Shown in pieces: positions 48,793 through 60,764 of a stretch of 64,000 nt of DNA. The position numbers were made by a program, and so were the translations under genes. Positions within the stretch are counted from its first letter, which is position 1. The number at the start of each line of letters is the position of its first letter. Location of the stretch: assembly GCA_001567165.1 (NCBI GenBank), contig LNFQ01000007.1, forward strand, positions 5,715 through 69,714, written 5' to 3'. Origin of the DNA: Bacteroidetes bacterium OLB11 (GTDB taxonomy: Bacteria; Bacteroidota; Bacteroidia; Chitinophagales; Chitinophagaceae). Below the pieces are notes generated by a model. The model had not been told where the DNA came from. It ran no database searches and saw only the letters and a list, made by a program, of their open reading frames with translations.

Positions 48793-51700
48793 TTAGCGAA
48801 TTAAAATAATATCTCCTTTTCTGATATAACTATTGTTATTATGAAGGCAAGTATATCGAAGGATATAAAAATAAGTGCCTACATCCATATTTTTCCCGTT
48901 TAGCTTGCCATCCCAACTTTGATTAGGGTCTGATGTACTCCACACCAAGTTACCCCATCGATCAAACACTTCAAATTGATGCACTTTCATTGCAATGGTT
49001 GTTGTGATACGCCACACATCATTTTTGTTATCTTCGTTTGGACTGAAAGCATTTGGGATAAAAATTTCTTCACAGCATGTACCAGGCTCAATTTGTGTAG
49101 AATCTGAAATGGTGCACCCATTGGCATCTGTTACTAATACTTTATATTGACCATAAGGTAAGCCAGTAGCCGTTGGCTCAATTTGTGCAGGATTTGTATT
49201 CCAAAAATATGTATAAGGGATTTCCCCACCACTGACATGGGCTGTGATGCTTCCTTCTGTTCCTCTGCCAAAACATCCTAAATCTTGTTTTGTCAATTGT
49301 AGTCTTAAAGGATCAGCCGGATAGCCTACTGTGATTAAAGTATCAAAGCTACAACCCGCACTATCAATGATTGTGAGTGAATATATACCAGTTGTAATAT
49401 CAAAAAATATTCCATTCTTGTTTACATTTAATCCTGGTCGAAGTTTGTATGTATAATTTTTTCTACCTCCTAATCCTGTCACTTCTATTCTTCCATCATT
49501 TAGCTGATTGCATTTCGGTGTTTGAATGTTAACGCTTGCATCTACTTTATCTGGCTCACTTAGGACGAGCAATGTATCGGATAGACAGTTTTTAGAATCT
49601 TGAATTGTGATAAGATGATTACCAGCTCCGAGCCCCCCAAAGAAACCACTAGCCTGAAAAGGTCCATTGTCAATCGCAAATGACATAGGCGGTACTCCTC
49701 CGGTTACATACACTTGTATTGCTCCGTTTGTATCACCATGGCAAATAGGTTCAATATATTCAACATTAGAAGATGCAATTTGTAAATTTTGTAATATAGT
49801 TACAGATGTTGTTTGGGTGCAACCAATTGCATCTGTTGCAGTAATGGTGTATGTGCCCCCTTGTAAGTTGATAAAACTTCCCGGTGAATTTTGCAAACCA
49901 AGCTGAGGATTTATGAAGTAAGAGATGGTTCCAGTGCCCCCTTGAGCTAGTGTATTAATCGTTCCTGATGAATCGAAATAACAAGTGATATCTTGATGAG
50001 TGACATTGGTGAATTGTATTGCAGTTGGCTCAGTGAGATTGATATTTAAAATTGAGTCTTTGCATCCTTGATTGTCAACAACTATAACTTGGTAATTATT
50101 TGCGTTTAATGAATAAAAAGCTCCTATTGCATTATTGACTCCAAGGGGTTGAAGATAAAAATTAAATGGAGAAGTTCCACCAATTGCACTTGTTATAATA
50201 AATCCATCATTTCCTCCATTGCAAGAAATATGATTTATAGAATCTAAATGTAAAGTCAGTGTTTGTGGCTGCAGTATAGTAGCGGTTGTTATTGCTGTGC
50301 AACCATTGGCATCTGTTGCTGTGAGAGTATAAATTCCAGCTCCTAGATTATTGAAAAATCCATTCGGTGAATTAATAGCACCCGGTTGAATTAAATAATT
50401 GATTACCCCCACTCCACCACTTGCATTGGTTTGAATGGTTCCATTTTGCTGACCATTGCATAAAGCGTGTGTAATCGTTGTTCCATTAAATTGAACTTGG
50501 GTTGGTTCATTTACAGTTTGTATATTCGTGAGTGAACAACCGTTTGCATCTATTGCTGTGATCGTATAATTGTTAGCTCCTAGCCCCGTAAATAAACCAT
50601 TTGCATTGATGATATTTCCGGGCATTAGTTGATAACTGATTGGGTTTATTCCTCCATTTGCATTTATTGTAATTGTTCCATTTATTTGCCCAAAACAAAT
50701 AATATCTGTTGCGATTGCATTGGTAATAACGACAGCTGTAGGTTCAAATAATGAAGACGTTGAAGTAGCAGTGCAACCATTGGCATCTGTTGCTATAACT
50801 GTATATATATTTCCATTTAAGTTTTGAAATAGACCAGTATTGTTATTTAAATTATTTGGCATTAAAGTGTAACTAATAATACCCACACCACCACTTGCCG
50901 ACGCTGTTAATGTGCCATCGTTAATTCCAAAACAAGTAACGGAGGTATTAGAGATAGAGTCAATCAGCACTTGAGAAGGTTGGGGAACAAAAACACTCGT
51001 TGTTTCACTACAACCATTAGCATCAGTGACAGTAATGGTATACGTTATATTTCCAAGTAAGCCATTGAAATTATTTGGAGCTGCAAAAACACCCGTTGGA
51101 GAAATTGCAAAATTATAAGGAGAAGTGCCTCCGCTCACAGGACAAGAAATACTTCCGTTTGCGGCATTAAAACATAATGAAGGTGTTGCCAACACATTAT
51201 TAAATTGTAGCGAATTGGGTTGAAAAATATTCACCACTGTAGATAGAGTACACCCATTGATATCAGTTCCAGTAATGGTATAGATTCCAGAATTTAATCC
51301 TATGAAATGACCAGTTTGATTATTGATATTATTAGGCATTAAAACATACTGAATTGGAGCATTTCCTCCTGTTACAATTAATTCGATAGATCCATTATTT
51401 CCGTTATTGCAAAGAGCGTTATTGACGATAACGTTTGTGATAGTCGGACTTTGATGAGTATTGACAATCGCGGTGGATGTTACGGTACATCCTGAGCCAT
51501 CTTTTACAATAACGGTGTAAGTTCCTGCACACAAATTACTAATCATATTAAAATTCTGAAAATTAATCCCATCGACACTATAGTTATGAATACCATTCCC
51601 ATTGGCACTTGAAATAGTCAGACTACCATCACAACCCGGACTGCAAGATGCATTGGTGGAAGTAATATTATTTATAATAGGCATTGAAGGAGCAACGATA

Positions 51701-54700
51701 TTTACAGTTGAGGTTTGAGTGCAACCGTTGGCATCTTTCACAGTAATGGTATAATTTCCTGCATTTAAATTATTGAAAACATTTGGTATTTGAAACGCCC
51801 CACCATTGATCGAGTATGTATAGCTTGGTGTTGCACCGCTTGCTGTAATCGTTATTGAGCCATCACTACCCGGAACACAAGTTGGAACTGTTGTATTGAT
51901 TTGCGTTATCTGCAATGCACTAGGCTGTGAGATAATGATGACGGTTGAAGATGAACAATTGTTCATATCCGTTGCAACAACAGTATAAGTAGCGGCACCT
52001 AATCCGATAAATACTCCTGATAGATTATTTAGATTATTTGGAAGTAATGTATATTGAATATTTCCGATTCCTCCAGTAGCTGTCGCTTGAATACTTCCGG
52101 TATTATTTCCAAAACAACTAACCGGAATATTGACCACATTTGTGAACAATACTTGCGAAGGCATATTGATTGTAAAAATGGAGCTAGTCGTACATCCATT
52201 GGCATCAGTTACTGTGATTGTATAATTTGCTGCATTTAAATTTGGAAATAGTCCAGTATTATTAGTGAGGTTTAAAGGTTGCAGATGATAGGTTAAAATG
52301 CCATTCCCTCCGGAAGCACTGATAGTAGCATCGCCATCATTTCCGTTAAAGCAAGTCACATCGGTTATTGCAATATTAGAAATCAACAAAGCCTGTGGTT
52401 GGGTTAAGGTCACTAAAGAACTTAATGAACATCCATTTGCATCAGTTGCTGTAATTGTATAAACACCTTGAGGCAAATTATTGAATAATCCATTATTATT
52501 ATTGATGGCGCCCGGATTGAGCAGATAATTTATAGGGGCAAGTCCTCCTGTTATAGACACTTGAATATTTCCGTTCGTTCCACCAAAGCACGAAATATTG
52601 GTTGCATTTATTATAATTTGATTTGGTCCATTTGCTGTCAAAATACTAAACGTACCAGACCCCGTACAGTTGTTCCCATCTTTGATGGTGACGGTATATA
52701 CTCCAATACACAAGCTAGAAAAAGAGTTGGACACTTGATAAGGACCAGCATTGAGAGAGTAGGTGAAAACTCCATTTCCTCCAGAAGCTGAAATGATCGC
52801 AGAGCCATCGCATCCTGGGTTACAAGAAGCCGGAATGGTTGTTGCATTGGTTAATTGAATTTGCGGAGCTTGATTTAAAAATACACTAGTCGTTGCAGTG
52901 CAGCTATTGGCATCCTTTGCAGTTATTGTATAAGTACCAGATGTTAAGTTTGTAAAAAATCCTGTTTGATTATTAATATTCCCAGGCATTAGAGTGTACT
53001 CAAAAGCACCCACTCCACCACTAGCTTGAGCTTGTATCATCCCATCGTTTCCTCCAAAACAAATGACATTGGCAATCGTAGTATTGATGGTAATTTGAGA
53101 TGCTTGATTTATAACGAACACTTCACTGATTTGACATCCATTATCATCTGTTGCTAGGAGCGTATAAACACCCACATTTAATCCAAAAAATGCACCATTT
53201 AAATTGGTAACATTTGGAGGCAATAAAGTATAAACAATTTGACCGGTTCCACCAGAAGCAGAGCTTGTCACTAGACCATTATTTGCACCAAAACAGGGGA
53301 TATCACGACTGTTGACTGAATCCCATACTAACTGAGGCGGTTGAGTTAAAATAATATTAGAAGTGGCACTACATCCATTGGCATCTGTTACAGAAACCGT
53401 GTAATTATTGGCATATAAATTATTGAATTGTCCTGTTAAATTATTGATTGCGACTGGATCTAAATGATAGTTGAGCGTTCCAACTCCACCACTTGCAGTG
53501 ACGGTAATACTTCCGCTATTATCTCCAAAGCAAATAATGTTTGTTTTAGTCACATTTGTGATAGCTGGGGAAGCCGGATTTGAGATTGTAATGACAGAAG
53601 TGGCTGTGCAACCATTAGCATCAATCACGCTAATTGTGTAATTTGACACTCCAATATTTACAAACACATTTGATGCTTGAGGAGAGTTGCCATTGAGGCT
53701 GTATAGATAAGGAGTGACACCTCCAGAGGCGGTCACGGTAATAGTTGCATTATTACCCGGAACACAAGTTGGAGTTGTACCAACTAAATTTAATATGCTT
53801 AATGCAGTGGGAGAAATTAAAGAATAGGATGATGTGATTGAACATCCGTTTGCATCTGTGGCTGTCACTGTGTAAGTGGCAGGTCCTAAGTTATTGAATT
53901 GCCCTGTTTGATTATTGATATTTCCGGGCATGAGTTGATAATTGATAATGCCAGTACCTCCAATTGCGGGTGAGTTAATAGAGCCATTGTTTGCATTAAA
54001 GCAAGTGATATTATTTTGATTTGGGATATTCCAATTAAGGGCAGCAGGATTAGTAATTGTAAAAATAGAAGTTAGCGTACACCCATTTGCATCGGTTGCT
54101 GTGACGGTATAGTTATTTGCTACTAATGGAGAAAAAATACCTGTTGCGTTGTTGATATTTCCTGGCATGAGGGTATAGTTAATCGCACCATTCCCACCTG
54201 TTGCCAATACTTGAATGGAGCCATTGGTTAGTCCATTACAAGTAATATTATTCATGTTTGCTTGAGCCCATACCAATGCTGATGGTTGAACAATCGTCGC
54301 TGTTGTTGTCACGACACAATTGTTAGCATCAGTAGCAGTAATGGTATAAATATTTACTGGCAGGTTATTGAAAATTCCATTGTTATTATTTAATCCTAGA
54401 GGGTTAATGGCATAAAGAATCGCACCCACTCCTCCGGTCACTGTAGCCGTAATCGAGCCGGTATTGGCTCCCGCACAATTAGCTTGACTAATGACTACGT
54501 TTGCAAAAGATGGTGCATTTGGATTTATTAAATTTACGATACTACTTGTAGTGCAATTGTTGGCATCTTTTACGGTAATGGTATATGAGCCGATATTCAA
54601 GTTGCTAAATGTATTGGAGGCTTGATAAGCCATTCCGTTTATACTGAATAAATAGCTTGGAGTTCCTCCATTGGCTGTCACGGTTATTGAGCCATCTGCT

Positions 54701-57700
54701 CCGGGGACGCATGATGGTGGAGTAGTTGATATATTTGTGATTACTAAGAGGGGTGGCTGGGTAATATTAATGACTGTAGAAGCTGAGCATCCTAATGCAT
54801 CAACTGCTTGAATGGTATAAGTACCTGCATTGAAATTGATAAATTGTCCAGTTATATTATTGAACCCACCCGGCATGATTGTGTAGGTAATGACTCCAGT
54901 TCCTCCACTTGCAACAGCCATAATAGATCCATTATTTCCACCATTACAATAGATATTAGTAATGACAGGGTTATTGAAAGTGATGGATGGTGCAATGCCA
55001 ATTGTTCCAACAGAAGATATCGTACAGCCATTTGCATCTGTAGCAATTACAGTGTAAGTATTTATGGCTAAATTGGGGAATGCCCCATTATTATTAACTA
55101 CATTTCCAGGATTTAATTGATATGTAATTGTTCCTGTGCCGCCTGTTGCCGTTGCTTGAATACTTCCTGTTCCTATTCCATTACATGGTACATTTGTTAT
55201 CGTAAAATTAGACCAATTTAATTGCGGGGGTATTACAATATTCACAACGATAGAGGACGTGCATCCATTGGCATCTACGACATTGACAGTGTAATTACCT
55301 GGGGCAACTCCGGGAAATTGTCCATTGTTGTTTACAAGGCCAAGCGGCTGAAGTGTGAATGTATAAGGTGCTAATCCATTAGTTGCTGTAACATTGACAT
55401 CTCCAACTCCATTATAGCAAGGAGGAGGTGTTGAATTGTTTGTCAATATGGGAGCATTATTATTTGTCAGTGTGACCGCAGTTGTTTTAGTACAACCATT
55501 GGCATCTTTTACAGTAATAATATAAGTGCCTGTTGTCAGTCCGGTAAATACTCCACTGGGTTGAAATGCCCCTGCTCCGATTTTAAAGGTATAGTTTGGA
55601 GTACCGCCTGATACGGTAATATTAATACTTCCATTGTTACCCGGGTTACAAGTAGGGTTTGTGATAACAGGGTTTGCCAATACTAAAGCAGGAGGTTGAG
55701 TCACAACGATAGAAGTTGAAACAGAACATCCATTTGCATCTACCACAATTACTGTATAATTTCCTGATGATATATTATTAAAAATTCCGGTATTGTTTGT
55801 AATCGCTCCGGGATTTAGTGTGTAACTTAGAGTAGGAGCACCTCCTAGAGCTGTCACCGTAATGCTTCCTGTATTTCCACCGGCACATAAAACAGGTGTA
55901 TTAGTAATATTTGAAATGGTTACAGCAGGAAACTGTGTGATATTGATGGTTGTGGTGGCACTACATCCATTGGCATCAACTGCTAAAATTGTATAAATAT
56001 TTGTACTTAAATTATTAAAATTCCCATTATTATTATTGACATTTCCGGGCTGTAAATTATAGCTGACAGCACCCACACCACCTGCTGCCGTCACTTGAAT
56101 ACTTCCATTATTCATTCCAAAGCAACTAACATCTGTTTTTGTGACATTTGCCCATGAAAGAGATTGAGCTTGTGTAACGGTTACGACAGCAACTTTTGTG
56201 CAATTATTATTATCCTTTGCAGTAACAGTATAGACACCTGCTGCCAAGCCAGTGAATGTTCCTGTTCCATTAGTAATATTTCCAGGTTGAAGATTGTATG
56301 TAAATGGAGGATTTCCGCCATTTGCTACAGTGATCACTTGTCCCACATTTCCTGCATTACATGCGATATGAACTGCAGTTACAGTGGACCATCCAATTAT
56401 GGGCGGTTGGGTAATAGTTGTAGTGGCAGTTTGTGTGCATCCTAACCCACTTGTGATAGTGACTGTATAAGTGCCAGCAGCCAAATTATTAAAGGTATGA
56501 GGTGAACCATTTGCATTGACACCTCCGGGTTGCAAGGTAAAAGTCAATGGGTTGTTTCCTACTACGCCCGTTGCGAGAATAGAGCCTATATTTTGACCAT
56601 TACATAAAATATTAGTAGGAGTCAAATTGATAATGGGTGCAGGCTCAACGGTTACTTTTATGGTGTCATATACTACACTACAATTTCCATAATAACCGGC
56701 GACGATATAAGTAGTAGTAACAGTTGGAGTCAATACGGTATTTAGTTGTGAAGGATTTGCGACACCAATTTGAGGTGTCCAATAGTAAGTTAAACCCGGA
56801 TCAGAAATAGAATTAATCGTGACACTAGCTCCTTGACAGATAGAAGTATCGTTGTTTAGAATTTTAAAAGTAGGTGGGTCTTTTATAAAGATGGTGACAC
56901 TATCAATAATATTATTGCATTTATCTTTTAGTTGAATAATCACCGTTTCAGTTCCTTCTATAATTAAATCATTTATTGGAACTATATTAATTTCTTTAAT
57001 AGAATCTGCTGGATTATTTGAAAAGATATAATTCGTTTGAATAAGATTATAATCTGTTCCATTCAACGCCGAACCTGAAATAATTAAACTGACAGTATCA
57101 ATTCCCGGATTAGCTTGTGCTAATTGGCGATGAATTTTCAACTTGGCAGTATCACAACCTTCAAATACTGATGCAATACCATTTACGAGTGAGTCTGCGT
57201 GTAAGGAAAGTTTCACATTATCTGATGTTAAGCTGCCTGCTTTTAGGAACACTCCTGAGTCTAAAATATGATCAAATCCATCAGCGATGGCTAGTTTCAG
57301 GTGGTAAGTGCTGCAAGATTGAATGGCTGCTTTTGCTGTAAACAAATGAGTAAACCCTTCGTAAGTGACGGAAGTTCCTCCTGTGTTGTCAGTATATAAG
57401 TTGGTAAAAGGGGAGCCGGGTCCCATGTTAGTACAATTAGGCAAAGCTCCACCTGGGTATAATACTCCACTGTTTACAGAGTTGATTGCTACTGGAATAT
57501 TTGTACCTGGCACTAAAGCAATATTTGTTGAAGAAGGATATCCAGGACCTGTAATGAAAAAGCCAAACACATCATTATAGTTGCTACAATTAAATTGCGG
57601 ATATTCTTCAGAGCCAAAAACATATTGAAAAAATATGGAATCTCCTTTTGCTGTAAAATCAAATTCTAATACACATCGGTCGAAAGTGCTTACACCTGCT

Positions 57701-58038
57701 AAGGCTGTGAGTTCTGCATCGCCTCCTGTGCCTTGGTTTGCGGTAGCAGTGTTTATTTGAGCTCCGTTTACACCGTAGTTTGGAATATTGCTAGCGGCTA
57801 ATCCTGTGGTCAAAACGATACCACTGTCTATTCCTAAATTTGCATTCGTTACTATGAAAATTCCAGATTGATTTGGATTACATAAAATACTTGTATTAGA
57901 AATAACAACACCCGGGCCAGCTAGTTTTTGTGCTAATTGGTTTGCGTTATTTGTATTTGTTACTATTATTTGAGCGTTTTAGTTGGCTTGTAAAAAAACA
58001 GTAATAAAAAGTGTATAATTTTTTTTGAATAATGACAT
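48793..58038 (-). CDS. Giant cell-surface adhesin: N-terminal lectin-like domain, Calx-beta-like domain, ~32 SprB-type repeats and a T9SS type-B (gliding-motility) CTD; in-frame TAA at codon 20
   Basis: The track ORF is 48793-57813 (3006 aa). The ATG at 58038 is in the same frame and encodes MSLFKKNYTLFITVFLQAN-TAA-NAQIIVTNT... There are 32 units of ~78 aa ending in ..YT(V/I)T(A/V)(T/K)DANGC(T/S).. The C-terminus IPNAFSPNEDNKNDVW..FEVFDRWGNLVW..WDGKLNGKNMDVGTYFYILRY is the CHU_C / type-B CTD signature. Confidence 0.85.
49090..56643 (-). repeat. Array of ~32 tandem, divergent ~236-bp coding repeats (SprB-type repeats)
   Basis: I counted 32 occurrences of the D-A-N-G-C-type motif at regular ~78-aa spacing. 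Each unit is bracketed by Cys residues (C.G..NGSI .... DANGC). Confidence 0.8.
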
Positions 58039-58107
58039 ATTGAAATTTAATAAATAGAGGCAGATTATTTATATTAATTTTCTTTATTGAACTTAAAGAT
58101 AATACAA

Positions 58108-59502
58108 TTATAATACCAATTTATTTTTTTCAAATACAATAGACATACCTCCTTGCAATAATTTAAACCCTTTGATAATGTTTTCTTCTTTAATAAACGT
58201 AATTTTTATGCCTGCATCATCAAATTTGTATTCCTCCTCTGAAACTTTTGTAAGTGGAAATGAGGACTGCCCACTGGCTTGTGCTTTCAAGATGTTCCCT
58301 TCTTCAAAGATTGAAATTTCCATTCCTAGTTTATCATTTTTATATTTTCCTAGAATAGATTGATTGAGAGATTCTATATTTGATTTATTTGCATTTTCAT
58401 TAAAAGTAGGAATTGTAATTGGCTTTTCATAGTATGCATTCAAGATGTTCATTGCAATATCATTCAAGGGATAATTAAAACCATTTCCTAAAATGCAAAT
58501 TGCAAGTTTATCTTTTTCATTATACCCTAAAATAGACTGAAATCCATCGATTCCTCCTGTGTGACCATAAAAACGTTTATCATAAAAAGGAAATTCTAAA
58601 ATACCATAGCCGTAGCTGTCTTTCAATTTTGTCATTTTGGAAAGTGTTTCTTTTGAAATTAAAATACCATTGAATAATGAGGAAATGAAAGCACATAAAT
58701 CTCTAGAAGTGGAAATAATGTTTCCGGCACCGATAGCAACAGACAAATCAGTTTCGGATGAAGGAGTCCATTTTCCTAATTGATAATCGTATGAGGCTGC
58801 TTCATTGTTTTGAACATCGATTGCCATGCCGACTTTAGTATCTGCTAATTTTGCTTTAGTACAAATGCGTTTTAAAAGCTGTTCAGCATAGGTTTGCTTT
58901 GAAATTTTTTCAATGATATAGGCTAAAAGCACATAATTTGTATTGCTATAATTAAATTGAGTGCCGGGGGTGAAATCACTTCCTAATGATTCAAAAATAG
59001 TAATCATTTCTTCTTCGGAGTGAGTGGTGGTGGAGTATAATCGATAGGCATCCAGATTGGTAAAATTTTCTATTCCACTCCGATGATTTAGCAAATTTTC
59101 GATGGTAATTTTTTCACTGTTTTTGATAGTAGGAAAAAAGCTATTGAGTTTAGTTTCTAAATTCAATTTCTTTTCTTCAATCATTTGTAATATCATCACG
59201 GCAGTAAACATTTTTGAAATAGAGCCAATTCGATATTGAGTATAAACATTTGCTTTCAACTGCTGCTCTATGCTGAGATAGCCGATGGAATTGTCATAGA
59301 TGACTTCTCCATTGTGATACAGACAAACGCTTGTCATTGCTTTGGAGTGTTTATTTAATTGCGTAAAATATTCATTCAGCTTGAGTGAGTCAAATTGAGC
59401 ATTTCCATTTTGCCCCAAAAAACAAATAGGAGTAGTGTAAAATACGTTTTCATTATTCAAATATAAAAGATGTTTTAAAGTGAAGCTTATTTTAATGCTC
59501 AT
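58108..59502 (-). CDS. Beta-lactamase-fold serine hydrolase (class C / esterase-like) with a C-terminal extra domain
   Basis: It has the S-x-x-K motif (GSISKMFTA) and the Y-x-N motif (YSNTNY). The likely true start is the ATG at 59453 (MKTYFTLLLFVF), which is one base out of frame across the A6 run at 59417-59422. Confidence 0.75.
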   Translation of the reverse strand: MSIKISFTLKHLLYLNNENVFYTTPICFLGQNGNAQFDSLKLNEYFTQLNKHSKAMTSVCLYHNGEVIYDNSIGYLSIEQQLKANVYTQYRIGSISKMFTAVMILQMIEEKKLNLETKLNSFFPTIKNSEKITIENLLNHRSGIENFTNLDAYRLYSTTTHSEEEMITIFESLGSDFTPGTQFNYSNTNYVLLAYIIEKISKQTYAEQLLKRICTKAKLADTKVGMAIDVQNNEAASYDYQLGKWTPSSETDLSVAIGAGNIISTSRDLCAFISSLFNGILISKETLSKMTKLKDSYGYGILEFPFYDKRFYGHTGGIDGFQSILGYNEKDKLAICILGNGFNYPLNDIAMNILNAYYEKPITIPTFNENANKSNIESLNQSILGKYKNDKLGMEISIFEEGNILKAQASGQSSFPLTKVSEEEYKFDDAGIKITFIKEENIIKGFKLLQGGMSIVFEKNKLVL

Positions 59503-59508
59503 TATTTA

Positions 59509-59516
59509 TATCTTTG
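59509..59516 (+). promoter_or_regulatory. Candidate -7 box TATCTTTG upstream of gpsA
   Basis: TAnnTTTG match 23 nt before the TTG start at 59539. Confidence 0.3.
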
Positions 59517-59538
59517 TCCTAATTGAAAGGATAATATT

Positions 59539-60534
59539 TTGAAGGCAAAATTTAGTATTTTAGGAAATGGCAGTTGGAGTTCTGCATTGGCAAAAATGCT
59601 GACAGATAATGGACATTCTATAAATTGGTGGATGCGTAGCAAAGAGGCTCAAACAAAGTTGAAGTCAATTGGACATAATCCTCATTACCTTGCGGGAGTG
59701 CAGTTTGATACCAAATTACTTCATGTTCAACATGAAATGGAGGAGGCCATTCAGTTGGGTGATTATATTATCATCGGCATCCCATCTGCATTTGTAGTGG
59801 ATGTATTGAAAAAATTACCAAAAGATATTTTCAAAGGAAAGAAAATTATTTCTGCAATTAAAGGAATTTTACCAAATGAAAATGGACTATTGAATGTTTT
59901 TTTAAAAAAGCATTTTGAGTTTTGTGATGAAGATTATGTGTGCATCAGTGGGCCTTGTCATGCTGAGGAAGTGGCTATTCAAAAATTATCATTTATCACT
60001 TTTGCTTCTTCAGATCTTTCATTGGGAAAAATCATCTCTGGTTATTTTGGCAATCATTATATCAAAACAATTTGTAGCAATGATGTGTATGGAGTGCAAT
60101 ATGCTGCAGTCTTAAAAAATATCTATGCACTTGGTGCTGGCATTGTTCACGGATTAGATTTTGGCGATAACTTTTTGAGCGTTTATATTACCAATTGTTT
60201 TGCTGAAATGCAGCAATTTATTCAAATCGTTAGTTCTTGTCACCAACATCATTATAATACAAGTGTATATTTGGGCGACCTCTTAGTCACTTGCTATTCA
60301 TTACATAGCCGCAATAGGACTTTTGGAAATTTTATTGGAAGAGGCTACTCTGTGAGCTCAACAAAATTAGAGCTAAATATGATAGCAGAGGGCTATTATG
60401 CATCAAAAGGAATTTATGAAATTTGTTTAAATTTAAATGTGCAACTACCAATTGCTTTTGCTATTTATTCAATTCTTTGGGAAAAATTGGATGCTCATCA
60501 AGCTTTCAAAAAAATTGAAAATATTTGCCAATAA
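59539..60534 (+). CDS. gpsA: NAD(P)H-dependent glycerol-3-phosphate dehydrogenase
   Basis: 331 aa. It has an N-terminal Rossmann motif (FSILGNGSWSSALAKML) and GpsA-like core motifs (SAIKGI, GPCHAEEVA, NIYALGAG). Confidence 0.8.
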   Translation: MKAKFSILGNGSWSSALAKMLTDNGHSINWWMRSKEAQTKLKSIGHNPHYLAGVQFDTKLLHVQHEMEEAIQLGDYIIIGIPSAFVVDVLKKLPKDIFKGKKIISAIKGILPNENGLLNVFLKKHFEFCDEDYVCISGPCHAEEVAIQKLSFITFASSDLSLGKIISGYFGNHYIKTICSNDVYGVQYAAVLKNIYALGAGIVHGLDFGDNFLSVYITNCFAEMQQFIQIVSSCHQHHYNTSVYLGDLLVTCYSLHSRNRTFGNFIGRGYSVSSTKLELNMIAEGYYASKGIYEICLNLNVQLPIAFAIYSILWEKLDAHQAFKKIENICQ

Positions 60535-60700
60535 AACTTGATTTTATTGAGAATGAGGCAAATCCAAATTATGCAATATCACTTTGGGAAAAAGGAAGGA
60601 ATATACATTTCTTTGGTACAATTTCCTTCTATCTATATTCCTAATGTGTAATTTACGGTTAAAATACTCATACTAAATAAAAGTTCAAACATGATGTTAC

Positions 60701-60732
60701 AAAAAAAGAGGAATCTTTGGATTCCTCTTTTT
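60701..60732 (-). terminator. Bidirectional intrinsic terminator between gpsA and rpoC
   Basis: agaggaatc (60707-60715) pairs with gattcctct (60720-60728) around the loop tttg. An A7 run and a T-run flank the stem. It lies 33 nt downstream of the rpoC stop. Confidence 0.7.
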
Positions 60733-60764
60733 AATTATTAAGTTTAAAAATAAAAAATTACTCA

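Noticed and set aside
49667-57580. Multiple 60-95-aa ORFs lie on the plus strand inside the giant gene (for example 49667-49906, 52054-52239, 54808-55071, 56164-56445 and 57365-57580).
   Set aside because: They are antisense shadows of a long, compositionally biased repeat-coding region. They have no start context and no family resemblance.
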